Part shown: one piece after another, positions 10,373 through 20,949 of the stretch
Layout: every line of letters starts with the position of its first letter
Numbering within the stretch: position 1 is the first letter of the stretch
Assembly: GCF_050737575.1 (NCBI RefSeq)
Contig: NZ_JBOHXW010000007.1
Span: 20,722 to 84,721, forward strand
Direction of reading: 5' to 3'
Length of the DNA stretch: 64,000 bases
Source of the DNA: Stenotrophomonas sp.
Lineage (GTDB): Bacteria; Pseudomonadota; Gammaproteobacteria; Xanthomonadales; Xanthomonadaceae
Translations under genes and position numbers: made by a program
Notes under the pieces: model-generated
Told to the model about the DNA's origin: nothing
The model's input: only the letters and a program-made list of their open reading frames with translations
The model's database searches: none

Positions 10373-11866
10373 TCAACCGCGGTACAGCGGCATGACGGCG
10401 TGCAGGTGCTGCAGGTAGCGCTGGTAGGCCAGCGCATAGGCCGCGCTGCGCGCGCCGTCGGGCGTGGCAGTGGCTGCGGCATCGGGGGTTACATGGGTGG
10501 CCGCGAGTGTGGCCAAGGATGCGTCGTTGCCGGCGCTGCGCTGTAATGCCCACAGCGCCTGCAGGGCGGCACCGAATGCCGCGCCTTCGGACTGCTGCGG
10601 CACTTCCACCGGCAGGCCGAATACATCGGCAACCATCTGCCGCCAGGCAGCGCTATTGCTGCCGCCACCGGTCAGCACGATGCGGTCGAAGCGCATGCCG
10701 GCGCCGACGAAGGCGTCAAAGCCGTACTTCAGTGCATAGGTCGCCCCCTCCATCGCCGCGCGGTAGAAGTGCGAGGGGGCCATGGTGGTGGTATCCAGGC
10801 CAGCCAGCACACCCTTGCCCAGCGGCAGGTCGGGGGTGCGCTCGCCATTGAGGAAGGGCAGCATCACCAGCCCATCGGCGCCCGGCGTGGTCGCATTGAT
10901 ATGCGCATCGCCGTCGCGGCTGCTGAAGCCGAACATGCGCGCCACCTGCTCGGTGACCACGGTGCAGTTCATCGTGCAGATCAGCGGCAACCAACCGCCG
11001 CTGGACGAACAGAACGCCGCCCATGCGCCACCGGCATCCACCACCGGCACATCGGAACTGGCGAACAAGGTGCCCGAAGTACCCAGGCTCATCGCCAGCT
11101 TGCCCGGCGCAACGCAGCCGGTGCCGATCGCGGCCATCATGTTGTCACCGCCGCCCGCGCCAATCTTCACCGCGGTCGGCAAGCCCAGGCGTGCTGCAGC
11201 CCCGGGCGCGATATCGAACAGGGCATCAGCGTCCACCAGTGGTGGCAGGCAGGCAGCGAGATCGCGGTTGGCATCGGTCGCCTTCAGCAGACCCGGCGAC
11301 CACTGGCGCGTGCGTACATCCAGCCAGCCTGTGCCCGAGGCATCGCCGTGCTCGCAGTAGTACTGGCCGGTCAGCACGAAGTTCAGGTAGTCGTGCGGCA
11401 GCAGGATATGCGCCAGCTTTGCGTAGGCCTCCGGCCGGTGTTTGGCCGTCCAGGGCAGCTTGGAGGCGGTGTAGCCGGCAAGGATGGGATTGCCGGCCAG
11501 TTCGATGCAGCGTTGCGCGCCGCCGGCCGCGTCCATGATCTGTGCGCATTCGGCGCTGCTGCTGGTGTCGCACCACAGCTTGGCCGGCGCCAGCACCATG
11601 CCGTCCGCATCCAACGCGACGAAGCCATGCTGCTGGCCCGACACCGCCAGCGCCTGCACCTGCTGACGCAGCTGCGGGTCGATGCGGGCGAAGCAATCCT
11701 CCATCGCCGCGACCCACGCTGCCGGATCCTGCTCGCGGCTGCCGTCATCGGCACTGTGCAGCTGCAGCGGTGCGCTGGCCGTGGTCAGCAACTGCCGCTG
11801 CGCGGCGTCGTAGACCACGACTTTCAGGCTCTGCGTGCCCGCGTCGATACCGGCGACGATGCTCAT
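10373..11866 (-). CDS. xylB: Xylulokinase (FGGY family)
   Basis: ATG at 11866 (MSIVAGIDAGTQSLK); SGQQHG, GGGDNMMAAIG, SLGTSGT, PFLNGERTP, LTGGGS motifs; adjacent to xylA. Confidence 0.95.
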   Translation of the reverse strand: MSIVAGIDAGTQSLKVVVYDAAQRQLLTTASAPLQLHSADDGSREQDPAAWVAAMEDCFARIDPQLRQQVQALAVSGQQHGFVALDADGMVLAPAKLWCDTSSSAECAQIMDAAGGAQRCIELAGNPILAGYTASKLPWTAKHRPEAYAKLAHILLPHDYLNFVLTGQYYCEHGDASGTGWLDVRTRQWSPGLLKATDANRDLAACLPPLVDADALFDIAPGAAARLGLPTAVKIGAGGGDNMMAAIGTGCVAPGKLAMSLGTSGTLFASSDVPVVDAGGAWAAFCSSSGGWLPLICTMNCTVVTEQVARMFGFSSRDGDAHINATTPGADGLVMLPFLNGERTPDLPLGKGVLAGLDTTTMAPSHFYRAAMEGATYALKYGFDAFVGAGMRFDRIVLTGGGSNSAAWRQMVADVFGLPVEVPQQSEGAAFGAALQALWALQRSAGNDASLATLAATHVTPDAAATATPDGARSAAYALAYQRYLQHLHAVMPLYRG

Positions 11867-11894
11867 GCCGCGCACCAACGGGAAGCAAGTTGAC

Positions 11895-14312
11895 TCACGC
11901 AAGACTCCATTGACCGTCGTGCAGCTGCGCGGTGATGCGCTGGCCGGCACGCAGGTCCAGTTTCAGTTCGTGGGTTTGGTAAACGAGGTTGAAGGCGCCG
12001 CCGCGTTCGGCCAGCAGGCTGACCTGCTGCAGGCGGCCTGCGCTCCACTGCAGATCGAGCACGCCGGCATTGCGCACACGCACGCCCTGCAAGCTTCCCT
12101 GCGCCAGTTCGGCCGGCAGCGCAGGCAGCAGGAACACCGCCCCGCCCCAGCTCTGCACCAGCATCTCGACGATGCCGGCGGCGCCACCGAAATTGCCGTC
12201 GATCTGGAACGGCGGATGTGCGTCGAACAGGTTTGGATAGCTGCGCTGCGGTGCCAGCAGCAGGCGCAGGATCTGCAGGCAACGCTGGCCTTCGCCCAGC
12301 CGCGCCCACAGGTTCAGGCGCCAGGCGATGCCCCAGCCGGTCGCTTCGTCACCGCGCAGTTCCAGGGTGCGGCGTGCGGCGGCGCTGAGCTCGGGTGTGT
12401 CGCGGCGGTTGATCTGGCTGGACGGGTGCAGGCCGTACAGATGCGAGACGTGACGATGGTGCAGTTCCGGCGCCTGCATGTCCCAATCCTGCTGCCATTC
12501 CATCAGCTGGCCGGCGCGACCGACCCGGTTCGGCGGCAGCTGCGCACGCAGCGTGTCCAGTTGTGCGGCGAAGGCGTGATCGGTATCGAGCAGGCGAGCG
12601 GCTTCGATGCATTGGCCGAACAGGTCGCGTAGCAGCTGCGCATCCATGGTCGGCCCGGCGCAGATCGCCGCGCCGTGCGGATGCTGGTTCTCCGGCGAGA
12701 TCGACGGCACCGTGACCTGGTGGCCGGTGTTCGGATCGCGCTGCAGGCTGTTGACGAAGAACAGCGCCGCGCCCTTGAACAGCGGCCAGACCTGGCGCAG
12801 GTAAGCCGGGTCGCGGCCATAGTCCCAGCGGTCCCACAGCTGCTGCAGCAGCCACGCGCCGCCAGTCGGCCACAGTGCCCACTGCGCGCCATCGGGCGGC
12901 GTGCTGACGCGCCACAGGTCGGTGTTGTTGTGCACCACCCAGCCATCGACGCCGTACATTTGCTGCGCGGTGAGCGCGCCGCTGCGGGCCAGTTCGCCGA
13001 TCATCCGCTGCAAGGGCTCCACGCATTCGGGCAAGGCCGCCGCTTCGGCCGGCCAGTAGTTCATCTGCGTGTTGATGTTGAGCGTGTACTTGCTCTCCCA
13101 CGGCGGGTCCATCAGATCGTTCCAGATGCCCTGCAGGTTGGCCGGCTGGGTGCCGGGACGCGAGCTGCAGATCAACAGGTAACGGGCATAGGCGTGGTAC
13201 AGCGCGACCAGTGCCGGATCATCACCGCTGGCAAAGGCCGCGATGCGTTCGTCGGTAGGCTTGTCGGCGGCAACAGTGCGGCCCAGGTCCAGGCGCATGC
13301 GCCGGTACAGGCGCTGGTGTTCGGCCAGGTGATCGGCGCGCAGCTGCGCGGCGCTTCTGCCTGCGGCCTTGGACAACTGTGCGGCGGTGATCGCTTCCGG
13401 ATCGCCGCCGACGTCATCGAAGGCGCGGTAGCTGGTGGCGGCGACCAGTCGCAGTTCCAGCTCACGCACGCCGTCGAAGGCGATGTGATCGGTGTTGATA
13501 TGCAGCTTGCCGCCAACGTGGCGTACCTGCACACGGAACGCAAAACGCAGCTTGCCGGGCACACCGTCGCGCGACACGTTGTGGCCGCTGACCAGCCAAC
13601 CATCGTCGGTGGCCGTCGTACTGGTTGCGTGCTCGTTGGCGGTGCGGAAGAAACCGCCCATCGGCTCGCCGTCTTCCACGGTGTAGCGCAACACCAGGCA
13701 TTGATCGACCGGCGAGATGAATACCTCGCGGCGATGCAGGCCGGCACCGGCGCGGAAGCTGGTGCGGGCAATGGCCTCATCCAGATCCAGCTCACGGCGG
13801 TAATCGCTGATGCCTTCCAGGCGATGGAACTCCAGCCACAGGTTGCCCAGCGGCTGGTACGGCATCTGTTTGACCGGCCGCGAGATCAGCGTCTCGTTGG
13901 CCAGCGCCTCGGCGGCGGCATAGTCGCCGGCGAAGACCAGCTCACGCACGCGCTGCACGCTGTCGCGCGCACGCGGGTTGACCGCGCTGTATGGGCCACC
14001 GGCATAGAGCGTGTCTTCATTGAGTTGCAGGCGCTCGTTGGCGACGCCACCGAACACCATCGCGCCAAGCCGGCCATTGCCCAGCGGCAAGGCCTCCACC
14101 CAGCTGCGCGCCGGCTGCCGGTACCACAGCAGGTCAGCGGCCGACGCCGCGACTTTCGGCGTCGCGGCCTGCAGCATGCCGGCCAGCGGCAGGTTGCCGA
14201 CGGCCAGCGCGGCCGCCGCGCCCTTGAACAGCGCACGGCGGCCGGGCTGTGCCAGCCCGGCGCTTTCAGTGGTCATCCCGACGACCGGGGCAGGACCGTT
14301 TGCAGCGTTCAT
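11895..14312 (-). CDS. GH95 alpha-1,2-L-fucosidase (Tat-exported)
   Basis: ATG 14312 with GGAG RBS; twin-arginine GRRALFKG; ALPLGNGRLGAMVFG, LQLNEDTL, YTLNINTQMNYW, HRHVSHL, PFQIDGNFG motifs. Confidence 0.92.
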   Translation of the reverse strand: MNAANGPAPVVGMTTESAGLAQPGRRALFKGAAAALAVGNLPLAGMLQAATPKVAASAADLLWYRQPARSWVEALPLGNGRLGAMVFGGVANERLQLNEDTLYAGGPYSAVNPRARDSVQRVRELVFAGDYAAAEALANETLISRPVKQMPYQPLGNLWLEFHRLEGISDYRRELDLDEAIARTSFRAGAGLHRREVFISPVDQCLVLRYTVEDGEPMGGFFRTANEHATSTTATDDGWLVSGHNVSRDGVPGKLRFAFRVQVRHVGGKLHINTDHIAFDGVRELELRLVAATSYRAFDDVGGDPEAITAAQLSKAAGRSAAQLRADHLAEHQRLYRRMRLDLGRTVAADKPTDERIAAFASGDDPALVALYHAYARYLLICSSRPGTQPANLQGIWNDLMDPPWESKYTLNINTQMNYWPAEAAALPECVEPLQRMIGELARSGALTAQQMYGVDGWVVHNNTDLWRVSTPPDGAQWALWPTGGAWLLQQLWDRWDYGRDPAYLRQVWPLFKGAALFFVNSLQRDPNTGHQVTVPSISPENQHPHGAAICAGPTMDAQLLRDLFGQCIEAARLLDTDHAFAAQLDTLRAQLPPNRVGRAGQLMEWQQDWDMQAPELHHRHVSHLYGLHPSSQINRRDTPELSAAARRTLELRGDEATGWGIAWRLNLWARLGEGQRCLQILRLLLAPQRSYPNLFDAHPPFQIDGNFGGAAGIVEMLVQSWGGAVFLLPALPAELAQGSLQGVRVRNAGVLDLQWSAGRLQQVSLLAERGGAFNLVYQTHELKLDLRAGQRITAQLHDGQWSLA

Positions 14313-14373
14313 TCCGGCCCTCCCAGACTCAAATGTCCACCGGTTTCCATAATGCCGAACTCGGCTGCCGCTG

Positions 14374-17244
14374 TCAGGGGGCAGCCGGACGGGTGATGGC
14401 CTGTGCCTTGCCGTCGTAACGCACCACCACGTCGGCCTTGGGCTCCAGCGTGCCGATGCCGTCACGCGGGCCATCGACCCAGCGCACGCGCAGCTCGCGC
14501 TTGTCCTGCATGCCCGGGTAACTGCCCTCGCGCGCACCAATGCTCAGCACGCCCTTGGCCTGGTCCCACTGCAGCGCGATGCGGCTGGACTGGCCACGCT
14601 CGTAGCCATAGTTGCGGCCGTTGTCCTCGTACAGCGAGAAGCTGCCGTCGGCGCCGGTATAGACCTCGATGGTGACCGGTGCGTTGGGCTGCTCGTCGAC
14701 GTACTGCTGGACCACGGTGCGCGGGACGATGGAGCCGGCACGCACGAACAGCGGGCTGCGCTCCAGCGGTGCGGCAGCGGTGATGGTCTGGCCACCGGCA
14801 TGACGCTCGCCGGTGTTGAAGTCGATCCAGCTGGTGTCGGCCGGCAGGTAGACCTGGCGGCTGGTGGCCTTGAACTCGGTCACCGGCGCGACCAGGAAGG
14901 CCGGGCCGAACAGGTACTGGTCGGCGATGTCACGCACCTTGGGGTCGGCCGGGAAGTCCATCGCCATCGCGCGCAGGATGGTGCCGTCCTTCTGCCAGGT
15001 ATCACCGGCCAGGGTGTAGATGTAGGGCAGCAGCGTGTAACGCAGCTTCAGGTAGTGGACGAAGCTGTTGTAGTGCGCCGAGCCTTCCGGGGCGATTTCC
15101 CAGATCTCGCGGTACGGGAACTGGCCGTGCAGGCGGAACACCGGCACGAAGGCGCCGTACTGGAACCAGCGCAGGCTCATCTCGCGCCACTCCGGCAGGT
15201 GCGCCGGGTCCTTGTCGATGAAGCGCTGCTCCGGCGAGAAGCCACCGATGTCGAAACTGACGTTCGGCGCACCGGCCATCGAGGCATTGACCAGGCCGGA
15301 GATCTGCTCACGCATGTCGTCCCAGCGCGGCACGATGTCACCGCTCCAGAACGCCGCACCGGCGCGCTGCTGGCCGGCGAAGTAGGCCCGCGAGAGGATG
15401 AACACGCGCTTGTCCGGATCGACCTCGCGCGAGCCTTCGTACACGCCTTCGGAATGCACCAGCGGATAGGAGTTGAAGTACTCCACCGAGGAACCGATCG
15501 CAGTCGGCGTGGTGCGCGCCTTGCGCTCACCGATGTCGATGTTGCTGTGCAGGTCCGGCTCGGAGGCGTCCAGCCACCAGGCGTCGATGCCACGGCTGTT
15601 GAGCTTCTCGTTGACCTGCCGCCAGAAGATGTCGCGGCCCTTCTGCGAGTACGGATCGTAGAAGGAACTCAGGTAGCCTTTGCCGATCCAGTCCAGCTCG
15701 CCGACTTCGACGTTGCGGTGGTACATGGCACCAGCGGCGTCGAGTTCCTTGTAGTTGGCGGTGGTCGGGTAGAACTTCGGCCACACCGAAATCATGATCT
15801 GCGCGTTCTGGTCGTGCACGTGCTTGATCATGCCGGTCGGGTCCGGGAAGTTCCTGCTGTCGAAGTCGTGCGAGCCCCAGGCGTCTTCCGGCCAGTACGA
15901 CCAGTCGAGCACGATGGCGTCGATCGGCAGCTTGCGGCGGCGGTACTCGTCCAGCGCACCGGTCAGCTCGTCCTGGGTCTTGTAGCGCTCGCGGCTTTGC
16001 CAGAAGCCATACGACCACTTCGGCAGCAGCACGGCCTTGCCGGTCAGTTCGCGGTAGCCAGCGATCAGTTCGTCGGCATTGCTACCGGCGACCACGTAGT
16101 AGTCGATCATCTGCCCGGCTTCGGACCAGATCGAAAGATCATTGGCTTCGGCGGCCGGCAGCGGATCGCGATGCAGCAGCGCGATATAGGCCGGATCGAT
16201 CGCATCCCATTCCACCTTCACCTGGTGCTTCTGGCCCGGCTGCAGGTCCAGCGCGAACTCGTGGTGCCACGGGTTCCAGTTCTGGCGCCAACGGTCGATC
16301 ACCAGCTTGCCGTCGATGTAGACCTTGGCGTACTCGCTGTTGTACATCGAGAACGTGTGGCGGCCGCCCTGCTTGGCTTCGATTGCGCCTTCCCACACCA
16401 CCTGGGTACGGCCGCCCTGGGCCTTGTTCCAACCGTCGGCGGGCAGCGCCTTCAGGTCCTTGATGTACTGGTAGTTGATCTCGTTCTCGCGACGCACCAC
16501 ACGCTGCTGGCCATCGAACGAATAGGTCGCGGTGAATGCACCCGGCTTGCCCTGCGCGTCATAGACCACCAGGTCTTCCTGCAGCGGTCGCAGGCCCTTG
16601 GGATCGCCGTAACGGGTGATCGAGTTGTTGTCCCAGAGGATGCCGTAGTTGCGGCTGGAGATCAGGTAGGGAATGGCGTTGTCGATGTTGTGCTGGAGCA
16701 GTTCTACATCGCGGCCCTTGAGGTTCATCCAGCCTTGCTGGTGCAGGCCTGTGCCGTACAGGGCTTCGCCTTCGACCGAATCAAAGCGCTGGCGCACGCT
16801 GTACATCGGCTTGCCTTCCACCTGCCCGGCACTGAAGTCGCGGGTTGCGCTGGACTCGGCCAGCAGCGGCTTGCCGGCAGCGTCGAAGAAGCTGACGCGG
16901 CCATCGGCCAGTGCTACCTGCGCGGAGATACCCGCGGCCTTCAGGGTCACTGCGCTGGCGTCCTGGCTGACCTCGAATGCCGGCACCGGCGCGCTGTTGG
17001 CCACGCGCATCAGGCTGGGGCTGCGCTGGAAATCACCATCCACGTCCGCGCTGACGCGCACGATGCGGTCGTCCACCAACTGCAGGCGCACATCGGCGGC
17101 CTTGGCATCGGCCGGGCGCACGATCACACCATCGGCCTGGCGCTCCACGGTCTGTGCCGATGCGGCCAGCGGCGCCATCGCGGCGGCCACGGCCAGTGCC
17201 AGCAGGCTGGTGCGCAGCCGCGCGTGCTTGTTCTGCAACATCAT
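14374..17244 (-). CDS. GH31 alpha-xylosidase with PA14-like insert
   Basis: Signal peptide; GFWQSRERY, WWLDASEPD (nucleophile), WSGD, PYREIW, LLPYIY, YLFGPAFLVAPV; insert of about 150 aa (YIDGKLVIDRW). Confidence 0.92.
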   Translation of the reverse strand: MMLQNKHARLRTSLLALAVAAAMAPLAASAQTVERQADGVIVRPADAKAADVRLQLVDDRIVRVSADVDGDFQRSPSLMRVANSAPVPAFEVSQDASAVTLKAAGISAQVALADGRVSFFDAAGKPLLAESSATRDFSAGQVEGKPMYSVRQRFDSVEGEALYGTGLHQQGWMNLKGRDVELLQHNIDNAIPYLISSRNYGILWDNNSITRYGDPKGLRPLQEDLVVYDAQGKPGAFTATYSFDGQQRVVRRENEINYQYIKDLKALPADGWNKAQGGRTQVVWEGAIEAKQGGRHTFSMYNSEYAKVYIDGKLVIDRWRQNWNPWHHEFALDLQPGQKHQVKVEWDAIDPAYIALLHRDPLPAAEANDLSIWSEAGQMIDYYVVAGSNADELIAGYRELTGKAVLLPKWSYGFWQSRERYKTQDELTGALDEYRRRKLPIDAIVLDWSYWPEDAWGSHDFDSRNFPDPTGMIKHVHDQNAQIMISVWPKFYPTTANYKELDAAGAMYHRNVEVGELDWIGKGYLSSFYDPYSQKGRDIFWRQVNEKLNSRGIDAWWLDASEPDLHSNIDIGERKARTTPTAIGSSVEYFNSYPLVHSEGVYEGSREVDPDKRVFILSRAYFAGQQRAGAAFWSGDIVPRWDDMREQISGLVNASMAGAPNVSFDIGGFSPEQRFIDKDPAHLPEWREMSLRWFQYGAFVPVFRLHGQFPYREIWEIAPEGSAHYNSFVHYLKLRYTLLPYIYTLAGDTWQKDGTILRAMAMDFPADPKVRDIADQYLFGPAFLVAPVTEFKATSRQVYLPADTSWIDFNTGERHAGGQTITAAAPLERSPLFVRAGSIVPRTVVQQYVDEQPNAPVTIEVYTGADGSFSLYEDNGRNYGYERGQSSRIALQWDQAKGVLSIGAREGSYPGMQDKRELRVRWVDGPRDGIGTLEPKADVVVRYDGKAQAITRPAAP

Positions 17245-17296
17245 TGGATCTCCCTCCGTTGGGGCGCCTGGTTGGCGCCTTGCTGTATGCGACTGC

Positions 17297-18988
17297 TCAG
17301 TACGTGGCCAGCTTCACCCGCAGCAACTGCGGTGCGCTGGAGAAATTGAGGCCGTAATCGGTCTGGTCACCGTTCCAGCGGCGGCGGAACTTCCACTCGC
17401 CGTCGACATAGGTGCCTTCATCCACCGAGTGATAGATCTGCCGCTCGGCCACCGCCGGATCGGCCGCCACCAGGCTGATGCGCGCGTGCGCACCGGTGAC
17501 CAGGAATTCATCCGCTGCCAGCTGCACCACCAGCGCCCGGCCAATCGGCTCGGGGTTGCCCGGCGGCTCGCCCTGGAACCAAAACTGCGGCACGCCATAG
17601 GTGATCACCGCGTTCCACTTGTCGTCGATCTTCAGGGTCTGCACGGCCTGCCCTGGCTGCTCGGCGGTGGCGCGCACCTTGCCCTCGAAACTGGCCTTGG
17701 CGATCACCCGGGCAGCCGGCGCCACCAGGCGATAGTTGAGTGCGAACGGCTCCAGCGTCTCCGGGTTCATGGCCCGTGCGCCGAGTGGATAGTTGGAGTA
17801 CTTGGAGTAGTCGATGCCGAACGGCGACCAGCCGATGGCCTGGTGTCCCAACGCGGAGAAGAAATAACGCGCGTACTCCTCGCGGTTGCCGGTCTCGGCG
17901 ACGAACAGCGGATTGTCGGCGCGCGAATAGCGCTCCAGCACCGTGGTGTACATCGTGTACTCGGGCATGTAGATGTCCGGTGCCAGCAGGTCGATGTTCG
18001 GCGCTGCTGCCTTGTACACGTCCAGCACGTTGTCGGTGGGGCCACCGCTGGCGTACTGCCCGGGCTGGCCCGGGTTGAACGGGCCGCGCAATGCTGCATT
18101 GACCAGCATCGGCAGGTTGTACTCGGCCTTGCCGGCAGCAGCCACTTGATCAATGAAGTGGGCGATATGCCAGGCATGGAAGAACTCGTCGGCATCAGCC
18201 CCGAACACGTCACGCCACGTCCCCGGCTGCTTGCCCAGCTTCTTCAGCAAGGCCTCGGGCACGGCCGTATCGAAATCCTTCTGCGCAAGCGGCGAGAAGT
18301 CACGCACGCTGCCATAGGTACCCGGCTCGTTCTGCGGCTGCACCATGATCACGGTGTGCTGCGGGTCCTTGGCCTTCAGGTGACGCATCAGCTGCACGAA
18401 GGCCTTGCGGTCGGCCTCCAGGGTTGCCGGTGCATGCGGCGACAACGAGTTGAGGGTGCGGCCGTCGGCGGTGATCACGCGCGGGAAGCGCTGGTTGTCC
18501 AGCTTCACCCACTCCGGCGCGTAGTTCGGGCCGTTGTTCTTCCAGGTGGCGAACCACAGCAGGATCAACCGCACGTTCTTTTCGCGGGCCTGCTCCAGCA
18601 GGGTATCGACGAAGGCGAAATCGAACTCGCCCTCCTTGGCTTCCACCTGTTCCCAGCCTACCGGCACCATCACCGTATTCGGCTTGACGATGTCGATGGC
18701 TGGCCATACGTCGTCCAGCGCCTGCGGGTAGTTGCTGGAGTTGTTGACCTGCGCGCCAAGGATCAGGAACGGCTTGCCATCGACGAACAAGGCATGGCGA
18801 CCATTCTCGGTGACCACGCGCGGCAGGTCCGCTGCAGTGGCCGAGATCGCGGCTGCAGTCTTGGCTTCACCACCTTGCGCAGCGGGTGCGTCCGGGTTGG
18901 CGCTGCCACAGGCAGCCAACAGCAATGCCATCGCGGTTGCGAGCAGGCCACCGGTGACCGGCGCGGAACGTTGGGAAGTCAGCTTCAT
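17297..18988 (-). CDS. GH35 beta-galactosidase, lipoprotein (DUF5597-type C terminus)
   Basis: ATG 18988 with AGGA RBS; LLLAAC lipobox; WEQVEAKEGEFDF, WFATWKNN, VQPQNEPG, LAPDIY, PLFVAET, GWSPFGID motifs. Confidence 0.88.
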   Translation of the reverse strand: MKLTSQRSAPVTGGLLATAMALLLAACGSANPDAPAAQGGEAKTAAAISATAADLPRVVTENGRHALFVDGKPFLILGAQVNNSSNYPQALDDVWPAIDIVKPNTVMVPVGWEQVEAKEGEFDFAFVDTLLEQAREKNVRLILLWFATWKNNGPNYAPEWVKLDNQRFPRVITADGRTLNSLSPHAPATLEADRKAFVQLMRHLKAKDPQHTVIMVQPQNEPGTYGSVRDFSPLAQKDFDTAVPEALLKKLGKQPGTWRDVFGADADEFFHAWHIAHFIDQVAAAGKAEYNLPMLVNAALRGPFNPGQPGQYASGGPTDNVLDVYKAAAPNIDLLAPDIYMPEYTMYTTVLERYSRADNPLFVAETGNREEYARYFFSALGHQAIGWSPFGIDYSKYSNYPLGARAMNPETLEPFALNYRLVAPAARVIAKASFEGKVRATAEQPGQAVQTLKIDDKWNAVITYGVPQFWFQGEPPGNPEPIGRALVVQLAADEFLVTGAHARISLVAADPAVAERQIYHSVDEGTYVDGEWKFRRRWNGDQTDYGLNFSSAPQLLRVKLATY

Positions 18989-19026
18989 GGTCGTTTCCTT
19001 TTGCTTCATGCAGGTATTCCGCACGG

Positions 19027-20949
19027 TCATGGCCCGGTGCGGAAAGGCGACGCCGGCAAGCCGGTGGCACCTGTCAGGTTGGCGCCCTGCGCGGTATCGC
19101 TCCAGCCATAGCGCGCGGCCACCGGCGCCTGCACTGCCCTGCTCTGCAGGATCACCCGGTTGCTATCGATGCGGGCCTGCGCACGATGGAAATGCCCATC
19201 ACTGCCGGCAACCTCAAAGCCCTTCAGTTCACCACCACCGCCTACCTGCAACGGCGCAGCGCCCGCGTCGAAACGCAGCACCACGCTGCTGCCCTGCACG
19301 TCATGGCCGACATAGCTCGGGCCGGATGCAATGACCGTGCTGTCGCCATAAACCAGCTTCCCTGCGGCGAGCGCCAGACGATCACCAACGGTGCGCTTGT
19401 TGCGCGGGTGGATATCGTGCACATCGCCAACGTCGGTGATCACTACCTGGGCGGTGGCCGGCAATGCCAGCGTCGTGCCCTGCGATTCGCGCAGCAGCGC
19501 CCACGGACTTTCGACCGCTACATCATCCGCATCGCGCTTGTCCGCACCGGACGAGAACGGCGCCAGCTGGACCCACAGGAACGGCAGCGCAGGTGCCTTC
19601 CACTGTGCGCGCCATTGCGTGATCAATGCCGGGAACTGCTGCCGGTACTTCTGTGCCTGCGGCAAGGTGTTGGCGTTGGATTCGCCCTGGTACCAGAGCA
19701 CGCCACGCACGCCGTAATCCTGCAGTGGATGGATCATCGCGTTGTAGAGAAGGGTTGGGTGCTGGTTCTTGTCATCGACCAGCGCGACCTGTGCGCTCTC
19801 GACGCGGAAGCTCCAGCCATCCAGCGCACGCGCGGCCGCGCCCTGCGGCTGCACGAACACTTCGCTGGCTTCGCCGTGGATGCCACCGCCGCCGCCGAAG
19901 TCCTGCACACGCACGGCGACATGGTTGAGCCCTGCATGCAATGCGGACGCAGGCACGCTGTAGCGACGCGCCAGGTTGTACTGCAGCTTGGTTTCGCCGA
20001 CCTGCTGGCCGTTGACCCAAGTGGTATCGCTGTCGTCGATGCGGCCCACGCCCAGAATCACGCCCCTGGCGGCTTCATCGGCACTGAGGCGGAAGCTGGC
20101 GCGGTACCAGGCAACGCCGTCCATGCCATTCCAGCCCTGGCTTTCCCACAGGCCGGGCACGGTGATGGTGGTCCACTGCGCCGCATCGGCATCGGCCTCA
20201 TGCCAGTGGCTGGCATCGGCCAGCAGCTGCGGCCAGCGCGCAAGGTTGGCGTGGGTAACCTGCAATGCGTTGGCATCGGCGTCGCGCAGTGCAGCCGCCT
20301 GCGCGGCCAGCGCGGCGCCGTCCAGACCCTGCGTTGCTGCGTCGGTCCATGCTTCGATGGTGCTGCCGCCCCAGGTGCTGTCGATGATGCCGACCGCTAC
20401 ACCGGTGCGCGCGCGCAGCTGCTGTGCGAAGTAATACGCCACTGCCGAGAAATCACCAGCAGTGCGGGGATTTGCCTGCCGCCAGTCGCCGCCATTGAGC
20501 TGCCACTGCGATGCGCCGGCCCACGACTTGGGAATCTTGAAATGGCGGATCAGCGGATCATTGGCAGCGGCTATCGCTGCCTCGGCGCCATCGGTCTGGG
20601 CCAGTGGCCATTCCATGTTGGACTGGCCCGAGGCCAGCCACACTTCACCGACGTAGACGTCATGCAACTGCTTTGGCGCAGCCTTGTCGTCGATGCTCAG
20701 CACATACGGGCCGCCAGCTCGTAGCGCGGCCAACTGCGCACGCCAGTTGCCGTCGGCAGCGGCCTTCACCGTCACCTGCCTGCCCGCGAAATCGATGCGT
20801 ACCTGTGCACCCGGTGCAGCCTTGCCCCATACAGGCACGGGCTGGTCACGCTGCAGCACCATGCCGTCGGCGAATACGCGCGGCAGCTCAACTGCCTGTG
20901 CACTGCTGGCAAGCGCTGCCAGGCCAATCACTGCGAACAACGGTTTCAA
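19027..20949 (-). CDS. SGNH-type carbohydrate acetylesterase (sialate O-acetylesterase-like / CE20 xyloglucan acetylesterase)
   Basis: GEVWLASGQSNMEW, WYQGESN, DIHPRNK motifs with a central beta-sandwich insert; TTG start overlaps the GH74 stop. Confidence 0.88.
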   Translation of the reverse strand: MKPLFAVIGLAALASSAQAVELPRVFADGMVLQRDQPVPVWGKAAPGAQVRIDFAGRQVTVKAAADGNWRAQLAALRAGGPYVLSIDDKAAPKQLHDVYVGEVWLASGQSNMEWPLAQTDGAEAAIAAANDPLIRHFKIPKSWAGASQWQLNGGDWRQANPRTAGDFSAVAYYFAQQLRARTGVAVGIIDSTWGGSTIEAWTDAATQGLDGAALAAQAAALRDADANALQVTHANLARWPQLLADASHWHEADADAAQWTTITVPGLWESQGWNGMDGVAWYRASFRLSADEAARGVILGVGRIDDSDTTWVNGQQVGETKLQYNLARRYSVPASALHAGLNHVAVRVQDFGGGGGIHGEASEVFVQPQGAAARALDGWSFRVESAQVALVDDKNQHPTLLYNAMIHPLQDYGVRGVLWYQGESNANTLPQAQKYRQQFPALITQWRAQWKAPALPFLWVQLAPFSSGADKRDADDVAVESPWALLRESQGTTLALPATAQVVITDVGDVHDIHPRNKRTVGDRLALAAGKLVYGDSTVIASGPSYVGHDVQGSSVVLRFDAGAAPLQVGGGGELKGFEVAGSDGHFHRAQARIDSNRVILQSRAVQAPVAARYGWSDTAQGANLTGATGLPASPFRTGP